Shown here: one piece after another, positions 10,896 through 25,700 of the stretch | Numbering within the stretch: the first letter of the stretch is position 1 | How the letters are laid out: every line of letters starts with the position of its first letter | Assembly (NCBI GenBank): GCA_904063045.1 | Contig: CAJFCJ010000029.1 | Coordinates: 62,001 to 126,000, forward strand | DNA from: Dimorphilus gyrociliatus | Taxonomy: Eukaryota; Animalia; Annelida | Direction: 5' to 3' | DNA length: 64,000 nt | The notes under the pieces: generated by a model | Database searches by the model: none | Seen by the model: the letters and a program-made list of their open reading frames with translations, nothing else | Told to the model about the DNA's origin: nothing | Translations under genes and position numbers: made by a program

Positions 10896-12090
10896 ACCAT
10901 ATCTTACCAAAGTTTAAAAAAACTTGTACTTGTTGTATTTATATTTTTTAGTCAACGCTTTTTGTTCATTTAAATAAATTTTGTTAAGAAGCCATAAAAT
11001 CTTTAAAAATACACACAAATTCTGAAGGAATGATTTCGTTGCATTCTTTTTTTCTGATAACCAAGTTCCAACTTAACGTACAAAATTCAAATTACAATGA
11101 AAGCCTAAATAACGTTAACGGTCACTTTCACTGTACTTCCTTTCCCCGTTTAACAGCTTTCGCTTAGGCTGTCTTATAGAAAAAAATTTTAAAACGATTG
11201 ATCTCTTATCAAACACTTATGGTAGACGACGGAACATACAAAAATTGTTATTGTTGTTGTTATTATTATTAATACAGACAAACCATTATAAAGTCACTTA
11301 AGCCAAGAGAAATCAACATAATTACGGAAATTTTATATTTTCCAAAATGAAGGAGAGTTTCAAGACCTGACCTCTTTCCAAGATGTTCAATTATATTGCA
11401 CTATATACCATATAGTTTGTTACTATTTCTCTGTCTACATTACATCCATCGCTAACATCTATAATGTCGTCTATATGCTAATAAAAAATTTGAATAATTT
11501 TTCTTTCACTCCATCTATATCTCTTCTCTTAGTCTCTTTTTAGGTGAAATACACTGTATATCGCGCAAACAATTTATTGAATATAAGGAAATATTCTCAA
11601 TTTCAATAAACAAAACTATATACAAACAATCTACAATCTACTAACTTAGTTATAAGATTGAAGACGATGACGATTTTCATATCATCGACTTACACTTTAT
11701 ACACATTATCATAAGATATACTTTGCTCTCTCTCCCCTCCTCTTTCGACTATAATAGACTTCCTGACTGATTTTAGGTGTTCTTATTTATGCAGTTAACG
11801 ATAACTTATTCACAAATAATCGTATACTGTATACTACACACACTTTATACTTGATGTGCGTACATATATAGTACATTTTGCAATGGAAAAATACAAGTCC
11901 ACTTATTGTTGCCTTTAAAATTTTTGGTGTATATTGCTGCATTAGAATTCAGAGTGTTTTCAGAATGTTTAAATAAAAAAATTAAATAAAGGGATAGCTT
12001 AACAAGCTTATGTATGTATGCAACATGCAAAGATGGATGTTTTTTCCGTATAACTTGCTTGGATCGTCTTCTGTATGTTGCTTTCCCGTT

Positions 12091-12145
12091 TAGCCAATCA
12101 GCGCGCCTCACTGAGGGTCACGTGATTTACATGTGTATAAAAAGC
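12091..12145 (+). promoter_or_regulatory. H4 proximal promoter (CCAAT, CACGTG, TATAAAA)
   Basis: agccaatcagcgcgc, gtcacgtgat and tataaaa upstream of the H4 ATG; the same motif set occurs before H3. Confidence 0.6.
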
Positions 12146-12194
12146 GTTGCTTCCAACACACCAACATTCATTTTCGGAAGTTCGAGTCTACTGA

Positions 12195-12521
<327 letters not shown>

Positions 12522-12555
12522 ATCCGACTCAACGTCTATTTAAAAACAAAAAAAC

Positions 12556-12571
12556 GGCCCTTTTCAGGGCC
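12556..12571 (+). terminator. Histone 3' stem-loop (H4)
   Basis: GGCCCTTTTCAGGGCC followed by ACCA. Confidence 0.97.
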
Positions 12572-12999
12572 ACCAAATTATATCAAAGATTTTTAGTTGA
12601 TGATTTTATACGTAACGCATTAATATTATAAACAACTTCTGAGTACTGTCTTTATCATTTACAACTGAATAATAAACTTGAACTTAAGCAAATTTCACTT
12701 ATTATCGCCAACATTTTCCCGCCGATACTTTCGCTATTGTTATTTAGAGCATGTAGGATATTTGGTACACCTGCGCATGAGTTAAATTTAGCACTGATGA
12801 ATTCAAATTATTGTATGAAATTTTAAGGCTCCAGTGTATTCACAAGCTGTTTGTTTGGCATCAGTAGATTTACTACCAAGGCTAGAATTGTCTTGAAAAA
12901 TTATTGTAGAAACAATCACCTGATTATGCATTTCATGCACTTTCTGTGCTAGAAAATGATTTTTAAAAGTTTCATAATCTTCAAGTCTTTCTCGCGGCT

Positions 13000-13145
13000 G
13001 CCCAATCAGAATCGGTCGTTTAGATCACGTGATCAGTTTTGGCGCCCGATTTTCCCGCCTTTTTATCTCGATCTCGCGACTAACCAATCAGCGGTCGTTA
13101 TTTCTGGCCACGTGATATTCCCGCCAAAAAAAGTGTATATAAGAA
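13000..13145 (+). promoter_or_regulatory. H3 proximal promoter (two CCAAT, two CACGTG, TATA)
   Basis: ccaatcag twice, atcacgtgat, gccacgtgat and tatataag. Confidence 0.6.
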
Positions 13146-13195
13146 GCTACTTCGCCTCTAGTCCTCACTCTGAAATTTTGGTTCATCTGAATTGA

Positions 13196-13618
<423 letters not shown>

Positions 13619-13647
13619 GATGCGATTTGAGATATTTTAAAACAAAA

Positions 13648-13663
13648 GGCCCTTTTAAGGGCC
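13648..13663 (+). terminator. Histone 3' stem-loop (H3)
   Basis: GGCCCTTTTAAGGGCC followed by ACCA. Confidence 0.97.
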
Positions 13664-13796
13664 ACCAAACTTTAACAAAGGTCTTTGATAATTTATAAGC
13701 CGTTTTTAGTTAAGTTGATTTAAGTAATAAATTTTATAAAGAACATTTACATAAGTGAACTGTTTATATCAAGTGCTGTCATATACTCAGTTGCAT

Positions 13797-16700
13797 TTAC
13801 TCATCTGGTTGACAGGGTGCGATTGGTGTTTTTTTATCGACACCTATTCCAGATTCATCGTCTGAATCAGGTGGTAGGGCGCATATTTCCTCTAATTCTT
13901 TTTCTACTTGTGCAACTTCTTCTCTATCCATAATAGATTCAGGTCTTTGTAATTCTGGGTTTTGTGGGGCTTTTTCATTTTCATCGTGTGGTACTTGGTT
14001 AGGTAGAGGTGTATGAGCAGGTCTCGGAGAATGAGTCAAGTTTCTGGGACTATTTACAATCATTGGGGTTTCGCGTATACTGATTGGCGTGACGGAAGTT
14101 TTGGGGGCAGGTGTTGTCCCCTGATAGAATCTATCTCCGATGGACAAGTCAGGCGAAACAGCGAGTCTAAGCATTTCATTAACATGTTTCTTATCATCTT
14201 GCTTTCTCAGTAAGTAGATGAGAGTTACAACCAAAGTAAAAGCTGCTACAAGCGAAAAGAAAACTGCCAGGGCTACAACATGAGCGGATAGGCCGTTATC
14301 AACAGGCATTGGAGGAATTTCAGTGGGTTTTGTATCTTCTAGGAACCCTTTTTGAGCTAGATACGACTGTGACTGTGCAGCCAAGAAGGGATCACCTGTG
14401 GACTCTTTAACTGCTTTTCCTATAGATTCTTGACTCTCAGTTGTTTTAATTATCTTTTCTAAAATGGTGTTAGGGACGTCAAATTTATTTATATCTCTCT
14501 TCTTTCTAGACGTTGTTGACGACGACGATGAATTTTTGTCATCTACAGGTAGAGGTATCTTACAAAGCTCATTATTCCTATCTATCAGAGCAAATATCAT
14601 TACTCTGGCCCCGCTTTCGTTGGGTATATATCTTGGATATGCAGTAGCAGTATGAAAGTCTTTGCCAAAGCAATACTTATCTAAGCTGTTTATAGGGTTA
14701 GGTGGATCTTGAAGGCAACATTCCCTATATTGCTCAGCATTAGCAGTACAATACGATTGAAGCTGTTTGCAGAAGACATTAAAAATTGTTGATTCTATTG
14801 TCTCCCAAAGAATAGGCAATAATGATTTGAAATCAAGTATAACTGATTTATCCGCTTCACTCTTTATAGCATAGCAACTTGGAGACTTGTAGTTGCATAG
14901 AGCATATTGAAGACTCTCTCCAGGACATCTTCTTCCAGGAGATGGAGGTGGTTTGTCGCATTTGCGACTTTTCTGCCTTCTACCATGACAGGCTTTCGAA
15001 CATGTATTCCAAGCAGACCATGTACTCCATTGGCCATCGGTTTGAGAGCAAGCTCTGCCATCTGCGTCTAAGATGTAATATCTATCGCATGTACAGTTGT
15101 AGCCACCTTTTGTGTTCAAGCACGTTGAATGGTCTTTACATTGATGCTTGTGTTCTGGATCGTCCGTTGTGCATTCGTCAATATCAACGCATACATTTCC
15201 ATCGACCAAGAAGCCTCCTTTGCACTCACACCAATCGCTACCATCTTTTTGAACACATAATTGTTCACAAGCATTAGCTACATTCTCATCGAAACATTTG
15301 TCCGCAACGATACACTTTTTGCCATCGCTACCCAACCTAAATCCTTGTCGGCAGAAACATCTGTACGATCCCTGAGTATTTTTACAATCTAATTCACAGC
15401 CGCTAATTGATCTACAAAGAGAGCATATCGAAACATGCACCTTATTCTTATATCATATTTATAATTGTAGGTATTCTTACCTGCTTGAGCATTCGTCTAC
15501 ATCCACACAATCGTCGCCGACTTTCTTATAACCTTTTTGACATTCACACATATAACTGCCTTCAGTATTTATACACATTTCAGTGAGTTTACAAGGACTA
15601 GTCAGGCATTCGTTTATGTCTTTGCAAGTAAACCCGTCTCCTAAATACCCAGGCTTACATCTGCAGTTGTAGGAGCCGGGCGTGTTTGTACAAAGTGCAA
15701 TATCAGTACAACCCCTGGCAGAGGGATCTTCACCAATACATTCGTTCAAATCTATACAATATGTTTCATTTCTTTTTCTGAAGCCTGGTAAACATTTGCA
15801 TGTATAGCTGGATTTTGTGTTTATACACTGAGTTCCTGCTAAACATGTATGCAAATTTTCTGTACATTCGTCTATGTCGATACAACCCGATTGAAAAGAA
15901 TCGTGTCTATAACCATCAGGACATTGACATTCATAAGAACCTTCTTTATTGATACAAGTTGCAAGACCTTTACAAGGGTTGCTTATGCATTCATCTAAGT
16001 CAACACATCCAATACCATCAAAAGTAAAACCCTTATTGCAGATACAAGTGTCGTTACCGTTTCTCTTTGCGCAGACGCCTGAGCTACCGCAAGCTAATTG
16101 GAGGTTGCAAGCGTACGATTCATTGAGAACGCAGGAGATTTTATCTTTGTGTAGATGAAATTCAGGATGACATGTGCACAGGTATGACCCTTGAGTATTC
16201 ATGCAAAAGTGCTTACAAGGGTTATTCGGTAAGAGGCATTCGTTAACATCATGGCAGTTTTTACCATCTTGATGCAGCACGTAGCCAGAAGAGCAAGAGC
16301 ACTCGAAAGAACCGAGTGTGTTTTCGCAGTAGGTTGAGCAGCCACCATTGTTTTCAAGACATTCCTCAACATCGACACAGGTTATACCATCTCCCACAAA
16401 GCCATCCATGCAGGTGCAAGCATAGCTACCGTTCATATTTCTACAGGTAGCCTTTTCCGAGCATTCATTTGCCACAGCGTATCCACATTCGTCAACATCA
16501 TAACAACTTCCATTCCTACCTTCAACAAAACCTTTCGGACATGTGCATATGAAAGAACCTTCAGTATCTTGACACAAATGTTTACAATTATGAATGTTTA
16601 ATTCACATTCATCTATATTTAAGCACATTGTTCCTGATCCAAAAGATTTAAAGCCATCTTTACATCTGCAGCTGTATCTTCCCATTGTATTTTCACAATT

Positions 16701-19700
16701 ACTATTTTCAGGACAATTGAAGCTACCTATTGAGCATTCGTCTATATCTACGCATAGTGTGATATTAGCATTGTCTAACTCCCATCCACTCGGACAAATA
16801 CATTTGTCAGGAATGTCTGTCACTGCTTGACAAAAACCTCCGTCACAGTTCAAAGAGTTACAACTCTTTTTAGGCATACATCTAGTATAGCCATCCAGCA
16901 CAGAGGCTGCTCCGCAACCACAAGTATAGTGAGCTCCATTTGCTGTGCATACGTCATCACATTCTTCATCGTAAGAACAAAGATCTCGTTTTGTACATTC
17001 AACTTCATTCGATGATTGATAACCCCAACCACAATCGCATGTATATCCTCCTAACTTATTAATGCATAGTCGTTCGCAACCACCATTATTTTCCAAGCAT
17101 TCGTCTATATCCTGGCAGGTTTTTTCTTCCGTTAGTGCATAGCCCCTCGGACATTCGCACACATACGATCCGCTTCCATCTTTGCAAAAGCTACCAACAC
17201 CGCAGTCATTAAGTTCACCGTTTAGGCATTCTTTTTTATCTTTGCAGGAGTAGCCATCAGCGTGAAGAAAATAGCCATTATAACAAGAGCAATTATAACT
17301 TTTATCGGTGTTGATACAATTATGCTCGCATTTGGCTCGTAAAGGATTCTCTGAGCTAAGAGAGCATTCATTAAAATCGTAACAATTAGTTGTTGTCGCC
17401 ACTCTAGTTTTAGAACAAGGTGAACACTCGTATTCATTTTGATTGACATCTGTAACATTTTTATCAATACATTTACCATAGCACAGTCGTTCAGTCTCGC
17501 AAACATTTAAATCTTTATCGCATAAATCTCCAAACCAACTTGTTTTACATTGACATTTTGCAAATATCATATTATTTTCATATCTAAGAGAACTAAAATC
17601 GCAAGTACCATGATTTTTACAATTGCAGATAACTAAATTAGGAAACCAAACGAATTTAGCTCCAAAACTATTCGCTATCGTTATCTGTATTCTATTCGGT
17701 TTATTTAGGGTAAATTTCACATTTGCTGAGAAAATTCCACTTGAAACCTTTTGAATTTGTTCAATGCTTATACTACCAGATAGAGCATCTACAATGTTAC
17801 CAGTAAAGCTAATATCTTGTTGATTCTTATCTTCTGCTGTCATTGAGAAGACTTTTTCTTGACCTATGATTACGTTAATCGTTTGCTGAGGTGTAGTAGG
17901 TGGTAAATTTTTGATAATTTCTAGATTTTTCACCATATCTTCTACGAAATTAGCAGTTTCATTTGCGAATTTATCATTATTAGTTACTTTTAAATCGTGT
18001 TGACAATATTTAATGCTAGTTGACTGACGTCCAATACAAATTCCAGTAATTGTTTCAGTATCAATTTCAGAAGCTTGTGGTAAGAATTTTTCCCTAAAGT
18101 ATCTATTGGCTGAGTTGAAGATAAATTCTTTATTGTATACGCTAAATAACGATCGCTTGGTTGCGTATGTTGGTCCAACTAATTTTCTAAGTGACCACTT
18201 TGTAAAAGTATCAGCGGAAATAGGTGATTCGCCCAAAATTCCTTTAAAGTTTTCCACACTATCAGCTGTGGAGAGTAGCATATTTAACCCTTTCTCGCTT
18301 TTTATTATCTTTACCGAACAGTCAGAAGTGTAGGAAATGACAATTGAATATCCGCTGTTAATAACTTCGGCGTTGCCTATACTAACTTCCCCCACATCAA
18401 TTTCTTTGGACTGGCTAACTACTTTTAGAGGTAAATCATTTTGCCAATAAATCTCTATTGCAGCATTATTAAGTTCTTTAATTGCCACTGCAGATATTGA
18501 AGATAGTTTCTCTCCTAAACGGTGGGTTCTAACTTGCATCTCAAATTTAGCTGTTTTCATTATAACAAATTCTCCAAACGCCATCATGGAATATTGTTCA
18601 CCTTTAACATTTCTCAAATGCATACTACCAAACATCAAAGCAGAGATTTCACTTTTATATTTTGACGAAGATAAACCGCCTCTATTAGTTTTGTATTCAT
18701 TGCATTGCCAGCAGTTTGATTTTGAAGGGGTGCAAAGAACCCCACAGCAAGAAGAATATGCATCCTTATCTTTCGAATGATCTGCTGAATTCCATTTATA
18801 TTTGTGCAAAAGCGATTGATATTCGAATTGCAATGATTCGTCAACTTTGCTAAGAAATGCTTCTGATGTTGGAGAATAGCAGCACGTTACTGTTTGACTT
18901 GTCAAAATTTTCCTGAAGCACTTTCTCGATTCTTTTTCAAATGTTAGCGTGAATGATGGTAAAGCTTGGACAACTCTTAAAGATGGTGGACATGAATCTT
19001 TTAATATGTCCTTCCAGCTTTCATCTTTGCCCTTCATTGCAGATAGAGCCTCAAAACATTTAATCTTATTTTCATCCCCAGTAACAGTTGAATTGGGATG
19101 ATTCAAGTTAAAAACGAAAATGCCTTTAGTCATATTTAACTCTCTTTGCAGGGGATTCAAGTCCATTCTATAGACATTATCATTTGTACTTGTCCATGTG
19201 GCTGATAATTTATGTTCAAAGTATTTATCATTTCTTATATAACCCATTCTTGCCGGATATCCCTCATATAAATTTGTTATATCTCTCGAGTTAAATGAAG
19301 TGGGGATCCAATTCATTTCGTTTTCTTTATACAAATATACGCAATAGCTTTCTTTAAAGTCAGTTGCTAGAATAACTTGGAAAGTGTTCTTTTCGATATA
19401 CAGTGACTCGTAAGCGGGTGCTACGGTATCCCATGTAACTTTCAAAAGCCATTTCGGTTTAAAAGATACATTATATGCTGAAAGGACTATATTCTTTATC
19501 TTCTCATATTTAGCATCATTATTATTTTCGTATACATTGTACCATATTTTGTAGAATTTTGATGTGCTTGAAATATCCGACCAGAATGGAGCTAGCAACA
19601 TTCCTATCCCTGTTGGTAGTTTTAGCTCTTTAAAGACTTTCGGGTAAGAAAATGTTGGTTTAACAAGCAATCTCTCATAGGTTAAGGCGATAATTCCGTT

Positions 19701-22700
19701 TTCTGATATGTATACTCCCGAATATATTTTACCATCGTCTAAAGGTATACCTCCAGGAATTTTCAGTGTTTCTGATAATCTTTCTCTGGTAATTCTGCTT
19801 ATCTTTAATAATAATTTGTCTCCTTCCGCTTCGCCGTATTCCATCAATCGTATTTCTTGACAACTTTTAAGTTTGTTCGAAGAATCTTTTATAGGTCTAT
19901 ATTTATTGGGGCAAGAACAAGTATATGAACCCAATGTATTCGTGCATATTGTTGTTTTCGGACAGGGAGATTTTTTACATTCATCAATATCTGTACAATT
20001 TACTCCATCACCTTCAAAGCCACTTTTACAAACACACTTAAAGGATCCTAAAGTATTAAGGCAAAGACTATTTGGCGCTAAACAATCGTGTATCAATGTT
20101 TGAGGAGCCTCTTCTTCTGTACACTCATTTATGTCTCTACATCTTTGAAAAACGCCATTTTTCATTAAGGGTGTGAAACCATATTTACATTCGCATTTAT
20201 AATTCCTTCCTGTGTCTATATAAGAGCACATCCCATTGTCTTGTGTGAAACATGGATTCTTTTCACACCACTTTACTCTATTAGCTATACATGTGCCATT
20301 TCCAGTACAATTTTTATATTCAGCATAGGTTTTCCCTGGCTCTTTTTTACACGGTCTTCCACCGTTCTCTGGAGCCGGATTATTACATATAATTTCCCTT
20401 TTGCTATAGCCCATATCACAATCTGAGGAACATAAAGACCACGCTGTCCACTCGGACCATCCTCCATGAGCTATTTCGCATAAATTTCCTTCGTAGGTAG
20501 AATTAAAGCATTCACACTTAACACCGCTTCCATTTTCAGTACAATTTCCTCTCGAATTACAAGAGGTCGGTGTGCATTCTTTTATATCAGTACAATTAAA
20601 AGGATCTCCTTCAAAGCCAGGTTTACAAACGCAACTGTAGGAGCCAGAATTATCGACACAAGTTGAATTTTCTGTGCAATTATGCAAATTTTCAACACAT
20701 TCGTCTATATTTTCACACGAGTAAGTGTTTGCAGCAGGATTAAAATTCACTCTTCTATAGCCATCCTTACAACCACATTCATACGAGCCAATAGCATCAA
20801 TACATTTAGCATTTTCATGCTTCTGTTTACATACAGATTCGTAGAGAATACATTCATTATCATTTTGACAATCTCTTCCTCTTTGGATGAAACCTTTATT
20901 ACAAGTACATGTATAAGGTGAACCAGAATAGCTTTGTAAATTATAATTGGCATCTGTACAAGTTGAATTTACATGGCATTTGTGTAAATTTTGTGTACAT
21001 TCATTAACGTTTTCACCGCAATCGTATATTACTTGTTCCAAATCCAAGTTATTTATTTCATTCACCTCTGACACAACATTTAAAGCGTCTACAATTATAC
21101 CTACATAGGGTTTGTTCCAACAGAAATCAGATAGCGATCTTATCAATGGAATTTCAACAGATTTTAATTGGATTGTAGTTCGTAAGTTATTTTTAGATGA
21201 AATTTCCATTTGTTGAATTTGTAACGTATGATTTTGCACTATGATTGGATCATCGTTTGCCTGATAAACTTTATCGTTGGAAAAGATTAAACCAAACTTA
21301 AAGTTGACTTCATTGCCACTTTTTTCAGGCAATTTAAAAGAGCCTGTTGTTATTATTACAATCGTCATTTCAATATCAATTTTGTCGCCTGGTCTGATAG
21401 TTTTCTCTTGGATATTTAACAACTTTAAATCTTCTATAGATAAGTCAATTTTATCACCACAAACCGAAGAAATTGGTGCCAAGAAAGCATCCCACTCAAG
21501 CTTGTTATTCTTTTCATTCGTTTCCGCAAGGCTATGTCCCGAGTCTATTTCTATTTCCAATTTCGCAGATCTAACATTGCAAAGAAACAAATGATCTTCT
21601 TCCGTTAGGGTCAAACCTGGAACTTCTCTGGCGATGTAGACTGTAGTTGTTGCGGATACTCCCTTATTTATATCAGTAATCAAGTTTTGACTATTATATG
21701 AAATTTTTTTACGGATGTCTTTATGAGAAATGTAAAATCCGACAGTATATAGTAGAGGATCTGTTTGTCCACTAGGAAAGTTTCCCCAGCCTCCACTTCC
21801 ACTTATTTCAATAAAAGTTGTAATATTAAAACCCATATCGTGGTTGAAGGTATAATTATGACTGTATACATTATCTAACCACTTGAATGCTATTGGTTGT
21901 AAATCTCTCCAATGGTCTTGACAGTCAACTGCTATTTTAAATTCCATATGATTGTTGTTCATATAACATTCAGGTATTGATGGTGCAATAACTTCTAAAC
22001 CTAATATAAAATGTCCACTTCCTAGATAGGGACACACTATATTCATGTTAATATCTCCAACCCATTTAGGAGTTTCTACAGTTGTTCCCTGCTTAAAAGT
22101 GTTTAGGTATCTTCCATTTGGAAGCTTACTTGACCAAGAACTAGGAGTTACGTAGTATCTTTGTGAATTGACTTCGTCTTTTCTTATGTAAGCTCTCATT
22201 TCAAAGCTCGCCATATGCTTGAGTGGAACAATATCTTTATCGAATATGTTTTTGACTGTTGCAACAACGCTGATAGGTGAACCGTCTTTATAATACACGT
22301 CTTCCTTTTCCAGTTGAATATCAACCAAATAAAGAACATCACTGTGGCACTTAATATCAATCTCTATTGGATAGACGTTATTACCTTCGTCAAATTCTTC
22401 GATTATATTATTTTCATCCAGTACTATAAGGAGATAAGCTGGCCCACAAATTACTAATTTTTCTATTTGTAAATGTAAAGTTAGATTAACTTCTGTTGAT
22501 TTATCAAATTTTTTCATTAGTTTTGTTATATTATATTCATTTTTGACCTTATAACTTTCTTTTTCGTCAAATTTACTTGTTTTTGATAAAAAGCTATTAA
22601 TTTTCATATCTTTAGATTCAAGATCTAATATAGATATTCCAGTTACGTTAAGATTTACAGTTATTTCCGCAATTATTGTATGCGGTATAGAAAATTTATA

Positions 22701-25700
22701 GGTTGATAATAATGCATTATTAATATTTAAATCACTCTTATCAGTAATACATTTTACCATATTTGTAACGTTCAAGTAACGAGCATGGTTATCCCAGACA
22801 CCGTCCTTTAAAGATATTGGTAGACCGAATTCTGTTTGTGCAAATAGAATTGGCTGATCACAAGTTCCAAAGGGCAATTGTATAATAGCTTCTCCTTCCA
22901 GTTTAACAGTAGTTAAATGAATTAGAGAACCCATAAGAGTTTCTCTAAGTTTGTAATCCAAATATTTGATGTTAACCTTAGAATCATAGTCTTCCTTTAG
23001 ATTCTTTCCATTTGACATGTACATAGTTAGATAAAAATTCTCTTTTCCCTCTCCGGAAGATTTAACATCGTATGAGTAGTGAATGTTTTGCATAGTACCA
23101 CTAAACCAGATCTTTGTGTCGATTCCGCCGTATAAATGGGTAAAAGGTGGAAGAGGTTTAATTGTAAAACCGCCCATAGAGAACCAATCATTTGGACAGT
23201 AGACAGTTATTTTATTCGTAAATGTATTATTAGAACTATCCGGATCAATAGCACCTTCATAGCTGCTATTAATTCGAACGATTAGATAAGCAGTTCCGCA
23301 GTAATAATTTAAATTTGGAAATTTTAGAGTATTAAGGAGAAGTCCAGATCCGCTTAACGGGAATATATCGGGCGTTGAAGAGGATATGCCTTTTTGAAGT
23401 GTTGTTTTTTGTACAGTAGAATAGACGGTTGGTATCTGGTCGTCATATTCATCAATTGCTGAATCAATACTGATAAAAAATTCCAAATATATATAAGGTT
23501 CATCTCTATTTGGAATAGAACCAGTAGCGGATTTCTTTACTCCTATTTCCAAATTGTAACTGTTTATCGAATTTGCTGATATGTACGCTTTATTCTGACC
23601 ATTCGATTCTGTTAAACTAAACTTGGTTATATACAGATCCACTTGATTTGGGTATTTACAAATCAGTAGTTTTTTATCAACTGGAAATCTTGCAACATCA
23701 TTTTCAGTGATGTTAGATTTATAAGATCCCACCTGAATTAGTTGAATAAAAATAGTTGGATTTTTTGCTCTTTTGCATGATTCTACACTTTTTATAAGAA
23801 CATTTCCCTTAAGGTATCTATTAAATATTAGAGATCCGTACGCAACAGTATTCTTATATATATAGACTTCTCCTTCGTTATTTCTTATATCCATTTCTTG
23901 ATCTTGATCTTTATCAAATATCTCGTCCTCTGAAAAGTATTCTTTAAACGTAAAATGACCTTCCAGTGATGACTGAAGGGCGGGACCATCATTCTCAACT
24001 GAAAGAGACATAGCATGTTGAATGTATAATCCGGGATACCATTCCGATGGAAGATCTATAACTTCAAACGATCCTATAGATAAACCTTCATTTTCAGGGC
24101 AATAGATAAATATCGGTTTTATAAATGTTCCTCTTCTTACACTGTTATATTTTGAGGAGATTTCAACGGCCAATAAAGAAGATTCCATACAAATGATATT
24201 TTCAAATGGTAAAGTAACTTTATTTAATGAATTTAAATCTAAATTCATTATTGAAATACCAGAAGGATTTGAATATCTTGAATTAAGCGTGTTATTACTA
24301 TTCCCACTTGAGTATTTAATCGGAATTGTAAAGTTATCTTTGATCAAGGATAAAGATATCATTAGATTATCGGTTGAAGTTTTACCAGCGAGTATTAAAT
24401 TAGCGATAACAGATATATTGTATTCTTTAGTAGCTTCGACTATCTCGGGAAAATTTACAGATTTGATATCAGTTCCTATTCCAACTGGACAATTTTTTGT
24501 AATAATCTGATACGAATATTGATTATCATCCAAGTTGGCATCATAATATGCTGTTTCTATTTTAATGATTATATAACTCTGTGTACTATGGCATATATTT
24601 ATTAATGTTTCGTTGTCTAAAGCCGATGATTTTTCAACATTATATCGGTACAACATACCATCTTTAACCATAGAAATTCCTTTCGACTTTAATTTCAAAT
24701 TTAATTTAGTTTCTTTGCCAGAGATTGTATTAGTTGTAGAAATATAGAAATTTTGTTCTATACTTTCTTCCATAAATATATATTTACTTGTAAATCGATA
24801 AAAAATATCTATCATTGTAGTTTTACTGTTCAGATTAATAGTTTGTGGTGAAATTGTTAAGCTTTCAACCTTTATAGATGAATCTTCCTCTTCTACATCA
24901 AAATTAATAATAGATATATCATTCTCCTCAATTCCCCAATTTGCTCCTTTAACTTCGTCGCTATTTCCTTTCAGAAGTTTTAATCCTAGGAATTTTGTTC
25001 TAACATCATTAATAGTGATCATAAGGTTAGCTTCCATTGGCAATGAATTAGCTGTTGTAAAATTCCATTGTAAAGCTGTTGACGGTGATATATTCTCTTC
25101 ATTACCAGAAATATAAAATGGATCTATTAAAGATGGTTGAATACTTCCTACAGGTTTTAATTGACTGTCTAGGGGAATCAATTTTATATTGAAATGTACT
25201 GGGAAAGCAAAAGTTGAGCTGGAAGCCGTCGATAACGGACAAGGAGAAGTATTACAATTGATTTTGAAATTAAGTTTTCTGGTCTTCTGCTGATTCGCAA
25301 ACTGCATTGTGTTATCTAATTCTATATCTTGAATTTCAAATAAATCAATTCCACAATTGATTTTAATAGGATCAAATCTTATGTTATTTTCATAGTTGCT
25401 CTCCGTAAGTTCTCTTCCACTTTTCAGGACTGTTACTATATAAGAATTACCGCATAAGGTCTTATTTATATTAGAAGGAAGAGTGAGTGAAGAGGAAAAT
25501 GTCTCTGTCAGTGGAGAACTTCCATAATGGAGCATCTGAAGTTTATCAAAAGGTTTATCGTATGGTAGACTATTCGTTAGAGGATAATCAATCAGTTCAT
25601 CAAATTTTACATCTTTACTTATCCAATGGTTTATGATAATATTTTTGAAATATATACTTTGTCCAGTTTGCAATTTTATCTCATAGTTGATATTTAAACT

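Noticed and set aside
12870-12900. agaattgtcttg in the H4-H3 spacer as a possible U7 snRNA Sm site
   Set aside because: Imperfect match, no 3' hairpin and no upstream CTTTG complementary to the downstream element.
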